Shown one piece after another: positions 56,716 through 64,000 of a DNA stretch of 64,000 bases. Below the pieces are notes generated by a model. That model was not told where the DNA came from, did no database searches, and saw only the letters and a list, made by a program, of their open reading frames with translations. The stretch covers positions 27,156,001 through 27,220,000 of the forward strand of contig OX597832.1 of the NCBI GenBank assembly GCA_951406725.2, read 5' to 3'. Source of the DNA: Octopus vulgaris (taxonomy: Eukaryota). How positions within the stretch are numbered: position 1 is the first letter of the stretch; every line of letters begins with the position of its first letter. A program made the translations under genes and the position numbers.

Positions 56716-57359
56716 TATATAAATATAAATAAATATATATATAAATATATATAAATATATATATAAATATATTTATAAATATATATAAATATATTTATAA
56801 ATATATACATATATTGTGTTGTACATGAGGAGAGTCACACACACACACACACACACGTATAATGCAAATGAGAGGGAAAGAGCGCAGCTTTGGAGCCCGC
56901 AGCCTGACTTCCATATCTTCGAATAGAGAAACCAGTAGAAATCTCAGGGCATTCATTAAAATATCCTCCATGCATATCAAATGTGCTTTAATAATTCAGA
57001 CGTTTAGTCATTCACCGACGAATCGCTGTCCTTGTATAAATAGACATTTTCGTATTTACACTCTTGTATTGCTCCACACAACATCATCATCGTCATCATC
57101 AGCAGCAGCAACAACACGTGGATGTATTGTGAATGACAGTCTCAACTCTCCTCTCTCTTTCTCTCTCCCTCTCTCCTTTCTCTCTCCCTCTCTCTTTCTA
57201 GTTTCATCACCTTCGTGCTTGCCTTTTATGTTTGGTGAGGTCTACCAGGCATTATTTCTCTGTGTTGCTGTGTTCTTCTCCCTATGTATGTATGTATGTA
57301 TGTATGTATGTATGTATGTATGTATGTATGTATGTATGTATCAATAAATGTCTCTCTCT

Positions 57360-57452
<93 letters not shown>

Positions 57453-57959
57453 CCCAGTCACCCCCCTCTGTGTATATGTTTATAGACAGTTATGTATATA
57501 TTTGTGTATGTGTTCATAGATTGGTAATTATGTATATATGTGTATGAGTGTATATATGTATATGTATGTGTGTATATATGTATATGTGTATGTATGAGTG
57601 TGTGTATATATACATATATGTACACACATACACACACACTCATACACGCACGCACACATAAGTATGGATATATGCATATCTGAGTACATGTGCGTATATA
57701 TATATATACATCTCTTTCTCTCTTCTTTCTACCGCTCTCTCTCTCTCTTTCTTTCTCTTCAGGCATACACACATACACACACACACATGTATACACACTC
57801 ACTGGAATTCCCTGTTCAACAAAACACACTCCACACTTCCAGAAATTTCCAGATTCACCATTCCCTAAGTAATATCCTCCTTTCTTCTTTCTGCTTAATT
57901 AAAATCCAAGAAACAAAACAAAATATATAAAAAAAAAACTAATTCTTTCTATTTTGCAG

Positions 57960-58091
57960 ATAAAGTGGAATCCTTAAATCTTTGAGCAAAGAATTAAAGG
58001 AACCAGAACAGCATTTCCTTTTGAAGGGCCGACATCAAAACCACAATATTTCAGAAACATTTGAAGATGAAATTACTGGCCAAAGTTTTAG
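57960..58091 (+). CDS. Candidate exon: 5' UTR plus start of CDS (ATG 58067, MKLLAKVL, phase-1 intron); product unknown, possibly a signal peptide start
   Basis: ctaat branch-point-like site, ttctttctattttgcag| acceptor, TAG|gtaagt donor; stops in all frames before GAAGATGA. Confidence 0.5.
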
Positions 58092-58276
58092 GTAAGTTCT
58101 TTATTTCATCTGTGGAGTTTCTAAAAAAATTTCTTCCGTTTCATTCTGAAAAAATTCTTGTTGAAATTTTTGTTTTCTTTTGAAGATAATGTAGCTTTAG
58201 TCGTTGATTATTGCTGTTGTTATTGTTGATGTTGTATAGATTTATTATAGCTCGAGATCCAACAGACAAACACAAA

Positions 58277-58827
58277 CATGATCTGATCAAAAAGTACTGG
58301 GGACTCATATTATAAAAATAACAACTACAACACAGACCAATTCGGCAGTCAATCTCCTTCAAAGTTGTCCCCTTCCGAAGCCACACACTTTATTCCCCGG
58401 AATGCTACCATCAATCGAAGCTACATTGTTTCAATGATGGCAGTATCACTAGAACTCCTTTTCTGGGGACAGCGAGCAGCTGTCTCGTCGGATTCTCTCG
58501 GATTATCTCGACATCATGGAATCTTGTTGGAATCTTCCATTGCGAAAACCGAACCTTTGTTTTGGTGTAATAGCCAAAGACCCACGCTTCGTTACTTGTT
58601 ATGACCGTTTCCAAAATATTTTGTCTTCCTTGATACGATCAAGATTTTGCGCAGCTGAAACACGAACGTCTTTTGAGACGACCGCACTTTATACACTTTA
58701 CTGCCAAGCACCATTATAACTTGGTATGCATGTGAGACAAAGTTCAAGGTCAATACTTGCCAAGCGACTTAACTCTGCGTACTTTAGCTCCGTCACCGTA
58801 CCACAGCCCCTTTTTGATTAGACCGCG
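58277..58827 (-). mobile_element. Internally deleted mariner element
   Basis: VITSNEAWVFGYYTKTKVRFSQWK resembles IITGDETWVYGYDPETK.QSSQWK; imperfect TIRs tctgatcaaaaag / ctttttgattaga. Confidence 0.75.
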
Positions 58828-59435
58828 TATATGTAGGGATCCGGAGAGAAGTGCATAAATGACTTGTATTGTCGATGTACCACAACTTTGCTTAATGTGC
58901 ATTCCAGTGCAGCAGTTGCAATTGTTGTTGTTCTAGGGGTACTGGTTGCGACAGAAAAACAACTTCCGTATTTTACATGGCCGCTGATGTAATACTTTTA
59001 AAGTGAGACAGATGATAATGGCGTTTCGTTGTAGCTAAGGTTTTACCGTTTTTTGCTTTGTTTACTTATCGTTGTGGTTTGAATCCGTTCGCTGTTTGCA
59101 GTTGAAACCTTTATCCAGAATGGTTTATTCGGAAACTTTTTTGCCACTTTATATAGTAGTTGTGGTTTTGCCACAAGTCAATCTTGAGACAACAGATCTA
59201 TGATTACACAAATTTTCCAGCCATGCCCATCACATCTTCCATTCAGAATATTCATGTATCTAGAAGAATATTATCCAATATGTCCTTTTTGTTATAATTA
59301 TTATTACAGTTGTTGTGCAGTCCCAGATAAGAAGATATATTGTATCTGGGACTACATTGTCTTAAAGATCCAATGGTGTGGTTTGAGGAAGATTATGACA
59401 TGTTTCTTGCAGATTAAATTCCTCTTTAGAAACAC

Positions 59436-59742
59436 CGGTGCCAGGTAAAAAGAAGTTGTGCTGGTGCCATATAAAAGTACTCGTGCTGGTGCCGCCTAGA
59501 AAGTTCTTATGATGGTGCCGAACAAAAATCACCCAGTATACTCTCTCTCTCTCTCTCTCTCTCTTTCACACACACACACAGAACAACAATAAATATATGG
59601 AAAAGAGCATTAGGAGAAGGACAAAGGTTGGTGTTAGAAAGGCTGTCCAGCCGTAGAACCATGTCAAACAGAGCTCCTGTCAAACCATCCAACCCATGCC
59701 AGAATGGAAGACGGGCATTAAACGATGAAGATGATGAAGATG
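59436..59742 (+). mobile_element. Short retroelement (probably RTE-related) with ggtgcc tandem modules and (GAT/GAA)n tail, interrupted at 59541-59626
   Basis: Four ggtgcc..aaaa units; ggttggtgttag..tccagccgtagaa; aacccatgccag..ttaaacgatgaagatgatg. Confidence 0.55.
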
Positions 59743-60147
59743 TATACTGTAGTCCAGGATAACCCTAGAAATCATGAAATGGTCATGATTGGAATGTCTT
59801 TGATCATAGGTCTCCTGGATTCGGATAAACCAAGGGCTAAACGCCAAAAACAGCAACGGTATAATTCCATCTTTGTTACAAAGTTACTGTCATATTCCAT
59901 CACTGACTTTACAATCTGAACTTAATATAATCCAGTAGAGCAGAAGGGAATAATGGCGGTTTAGGGGGGAAAAAAAATAATTGGTCGGCCATTTTGAATA
60001 GATTCATTTGGTGGTGGTGGTGGAGGTGAGAGGGTTGGTGGTGGTGTTGGTGGCGTTGGTGGTTGACATTTCTACTCATGTTGTTGTTAATGTCGTTTTT
60101 GTTGCTGCCAATATTGTTGTTGCTACATACACAAATATGTACATAAT

Positions 60148-60199
<52 letters not shown>

Positions 60200-60374
60200 C
60201 ATCACATAATACATAAATACACGCATTCATATATCTATATACATACATGCGTACGTACATACATGCATACATACATAATATATTTATATGTATATATATA
60301 TGTGTGTATGTATGTATATTCACACACATACACAGGGAAGAGAAAGTGGGAGAGGTGCATTCATATACATACAT

Positions 60375-60420
<46 letters not shown>

Positions 60421-60489
60421 TTAGCTTTCTCATACACATATAGACGCAACTATATATATATATATATATAGAAGCGTACATACATACAT

Positions 60490-60540
<51 letters not shown>

Positions 60541-60670
60541 CACACACACACAAATGGGTGAACGAGAAATCAATACATATATTAATAAAGTTTATTTGTT
60601 CGAAGCTGATGATTCAGTTGCTATTCAGAGTTTGTTGCTATGTGCTGTCTGTCGGTCTCTCTCTCTCTCT

Positions 60671-60721
<51 letters not shown>

Positions 60722-61117
60722 CGCACGCACAAACGCGCGCGCACACACATACATACGTATGTGCCAGCACACACATATACACACATATATATATATATAA
60801 TATTTATGTACATGTTATGTAAGACTGTATACACTTGGTATTAGATCCAAAGTTACTCATCCGAGGTTGCTGTGTCGAGTGTTCAATTCTCACGGTTGTA
60901 ATCTTCACTGTATTATTTGTGCTATGCAGGATAGCAAATTCCCCACCATCACCACCACCACCACCACCACCACCACAACCATCTCTCCAAGATCTATCCC
61001 TCCTGCTTATTCAGGGTGACCTGTAATTGGTTTTAACCGCACGCATATTTGGTAACTTTCTGACCGATTATATGCACTAGCCAAGAAAATGCTACATACT
61101 GCTCGACAATATAAAAA

Positions 61118-61158
<41 letters not shown>

Positions 61159-61251
61159 ATTAAACAAGAAAGCACAAAAAAACACAACAACGCGAGGACG
61201 TGGAACAAATATAGTATTATTGGACGCTCAGGAAAGAAGGAAAGAAGGAGG

Positions 61252-61286
61252 GTTTAACGTTTCGAGCGGAGCTCTTCGTCGGAAAC
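61252..61286 (-). ncRNA. Minimal type I hammerhead-like motif in a (TA)n-adjacent Penelope-like repeat (61154-61350)
   Basis: GUUU-CCGACGA-A-GAGC UCC GCUC-GAAAC-GUU-AAAC. Confidence 0.65.
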
Positions 61287-61704
61287 ATAGGAGAAGGAAA
61301 GATCCAGAGAAGGGAAGACAGAGGAAAAGAATCGCCAATGGTACACTCGAGGTCGTGTCAACAAGGTTACCAATGTTTTCATGCAGAGAGGAAATAACAG
61401 TTATCAACCTTGCCACATTAGAACGTTGGAATTCATTTCCATTTTGTTGATCCACCGATAACAAATAAATAGACTTGTCAACCCACAAGTAGAGAATATT
61501 TATTCAATGCTGTGATGAGCACTCACTTTCACTGTTCAATACACACATACACATATATAAACACACACACACACACACGCATGAATGGACAGACACATGC
61601 AAGTGGTACTGAACACATTTTTGGTGGGTGCTGCCTATGTATTAAATAAAAGTTTGACTCAGTTTCACATGACTCAAAGTTTCGTGGAGGCGCTGGACAC
61701 GTCG

Positions 61705-61756
61705 ATGTCATCTGATGAGATGGGAGTGTTCTACGTGCTCACGAAACGTTGTCATG
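61705..61756 (+). ncRNA. Degenerate hammerhead-like motif
   Basis: Canonical CUGAUGA (61712) and GAAACGUUGUC (61743); stems I and II imperfect. Confidence 0.4.
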
Positions 61757-61845
61757 TGGGAATTAGTGAAACTGATATACATCATCAGGAAAACTAACCT
61801 TCCAGTCTTTTGCGTTCTATAATCGAATCTGAGGCCGTCACACAT

Positions 61846-61889
<44 letters not shown>

Positions 61890-61964
61890 TGAAAAAGGGC
61901 GACAGAGAGAGAGAGAGATTGAGAGACAGACAGACATAATTTCACACACATACACACACTCATA

Positions 61965-62031
<67 letters not shown>

Positions 62032-62079
62032 ATATATATACATACATAGAGGGAAAGAGAGAATAGGAAGGTGAGATTG

Positions 62080-62119
62080 AAAGATAGACAGACAAAATTC
62101 CGCACACATACACACACTT

Positions 62120-62164
<45 letters not shown>

Positions 62165-62192
62165 CAAAATTCCGCACACATACACACACTTC

Positions 62193-62236
<44 letters not shown>

Positions 62237-62280
62237 GAAGTGTGTGTATGTGTGCGGAATTTTGTCTGTCTATCTTTATA
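62080..62280. repeat. Direct plus inverted triplication of a 32-bp unit separated by (TA)n
   Basis: gacaaaattccgcacacatacacacacttcct at 62091 and 62163; reverse complement at ~62235-62266. Confidence 0.9.
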
Positions 62281-62963
62281 TATATATATATATATATATA
62301 CATACACGTACATACATAGAGGGAGAGAGAGGGAGACATTTGCATTTGTCTGTGTATACACACACAGACACACACACACATAAATTCCAAGACATGGTGC
62401 ATCAATATCATGGATACCTTCCCCTCCCTCCCTCCCTCCCTCCTCCCCCTCTCCCTCCATTTCTTTCCTGATGAAAGATGGTTATCACACATGGAAATAA
62501 TAATGAGATGTGCCCGCAGCGTGGCGAACGAATACGGAATGCTATCATCATTATCATCATCATTATCATCATCATCATCATTATCATCATCATCATCATC
62601 ATCATCATTACCACCACAATCAACGCTGCCGCCGTCACCACTACGACATTCCTCCATCGCAGCAGGTAACACCACCACCACCACCACCACCACCACCACC
62701 ACCACCACCACCACCACCACCACCACTATCCACACCATCACCAGCGCCACCACCACCACCACCACCACCACCACCACCACCACCACCACCACCATCACCA
62801 CCACCTCTTTCACTACCACGGGCTGGCTACAGTAGAAATTTTTTGGATTGTATTTCTGCTGGTTCGAATTTGACCAAAGTCTAAGCAACAACCTACAACA
62901 ACAATAACAACGACAACAATGTCTACAGTCGCAAAATAGCAACGACTTAAAACCTCGTTTCTG

Positions 62964-63046
62964 CCAGACACCAAGCGCCTAAATAGTTATCATTCAACTA
63001 AGCCCCAGACACCAAGCGCCTAAATATTTATCATTCAACTAAGCCC
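62964..63046. repeat. 41-bp tandem duplication
   Basis: ccagacaccaagcgcctaaata(g/t)ttatcattcaactaagcc x2. Confidence 0.9.
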
Positions 63047-63099
63047 CTTAGGTATTGAATAACAAACCGTTCCCCTTTAGATATTGGATCAGGAGGCCA

Positions 63100-63265
63100 G
63101 GGTAGGCCGATTACATCGACCCCAGTATTCAACTGGTACTTATTTTACCGAACCTGAAAGGATGAAAGGCGAAGCTGACCTCGGCAGAATTTGAACTCAG
63201 AACGTAAAGATAGACGAAATGCCGTTGAGCACTGCGCTCCGCGTGCTAACGATTCTTCCAGCCTC
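63100..63265 (-). mobile_element. SINE family B
   Basis: cgattacatcgaccccagt...gaaaggatgaaagg...cgtgctaacgattc. Confidence 0.8.
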
Positions 63266-63433
63266 ATGGTGAACACTCTGATACTAAACAGATAGTAAAT
63301 GCAACAATAAATAATATACTAAGAATAAAAAAAAAACTACGCAGGTAACTTAAACAGAAAACACAAAAGCAACGGACATGGAACTCAAAACGCTAACGCT
63401 AAACGCAAGACTAAAAAGAAAAAAAAAACTAAA

Positions 63434-63830
63434 TCTATCTATATATATAAAGCTGAAGTTGTCTGTGTATGGCAGGTTTGGTAGCCTTCAACTAACACTA
63501 TCTCCTCTGAGACCCTGCGGTGCAAGTTGACCAAAATTGAGAGTATGATAGAAGAAGGCTTGCTCTTCCTTCCGTAGAAGAAAACAATTCAAATCGGACC
63601 ATGTTAACACCAAAAATTATTTACATCAAGAAGGTGCATTTTTTCTATGAAAATCCTTATTTTTTTACGATTTTTTGACTGCTGTGTCGCCATTTTTCGG
63701 TGAAAATTCACCCAGAAAAATGTTCACTTAAAGAGAATAACAAGCTACATAATGCAAAATTTTTACTTTTCAAAAATACCAATTCTAAAGGGTCGAAACA
63801 AACCCGAGCAACGCCGGGCGATACTGCTAG
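63434..63830 (+). mobile_element. Non-autonomous Helitron, complete
   Basis: A|TC start, 3' hairpin cccgagcaacgccggg, CTAG|T end, no target duplication. Confidence 0.85.
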
Positions 63831-64000
63831 TAAAGAATAAACGCTAAACACGTCACTAAACACAAAGCAAATATACATTTTAATAGTAAGCGCAAAACTC
63901 TAAACACGAAATACCAAAACTGCAAACATTTAAACACCAAATACTAAACAGACGAAAACTCAACCGGCTAAACATCTAAACGTTTAAATACAACTTCAAA

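Noticed and set aside
61350-61540. Possible GIY-YIG remnant between two hammerhead-like motifs
   Set aside because: No recognisable GIY-YIG motif in any frame

Overview
Gene-poor, AT-rich eukaryotic DNA saturated with microsatellites ((TA)n, (CA)n, (TCTA)n, (CATA)n, (GAT)n, (TAA)n, (GAA)n) and tRNA-derived SINEs. The repeat landscape resembles an octopus (coleoid cephalopod) genome; this is an inference, not confirmed by a search. No complete protein-coding gene is visible, and almost all ORFs in the supplied track are simple-repeat translations. Recognisable content: three SINE families in many copies; decayed LINE pieces (RTE, R4/Dong-like, L1/Tx1); Tc1 and mariner relics; non-autonomous Helitron-like elements; three long hairpins; and a few candidate exons and promoters, including a + strand exon starting MKLLAKVL. 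The most interesting signals are: (i) five minimal hammerhead-ribozyme-like motifs of the Penelope-associated type; (ii) a SINE whose 3' end repeatedly abuts GGTA, often inside older copies of itself; (iii) two SINE-core-derived minisatellite arrays in inverted orientation around an exon-like segment; (iv) a roughly helically phased array of a 16-bp GATA/Myb-like motif; and (v) several (TA)n-anchored inversions and templated insertions.
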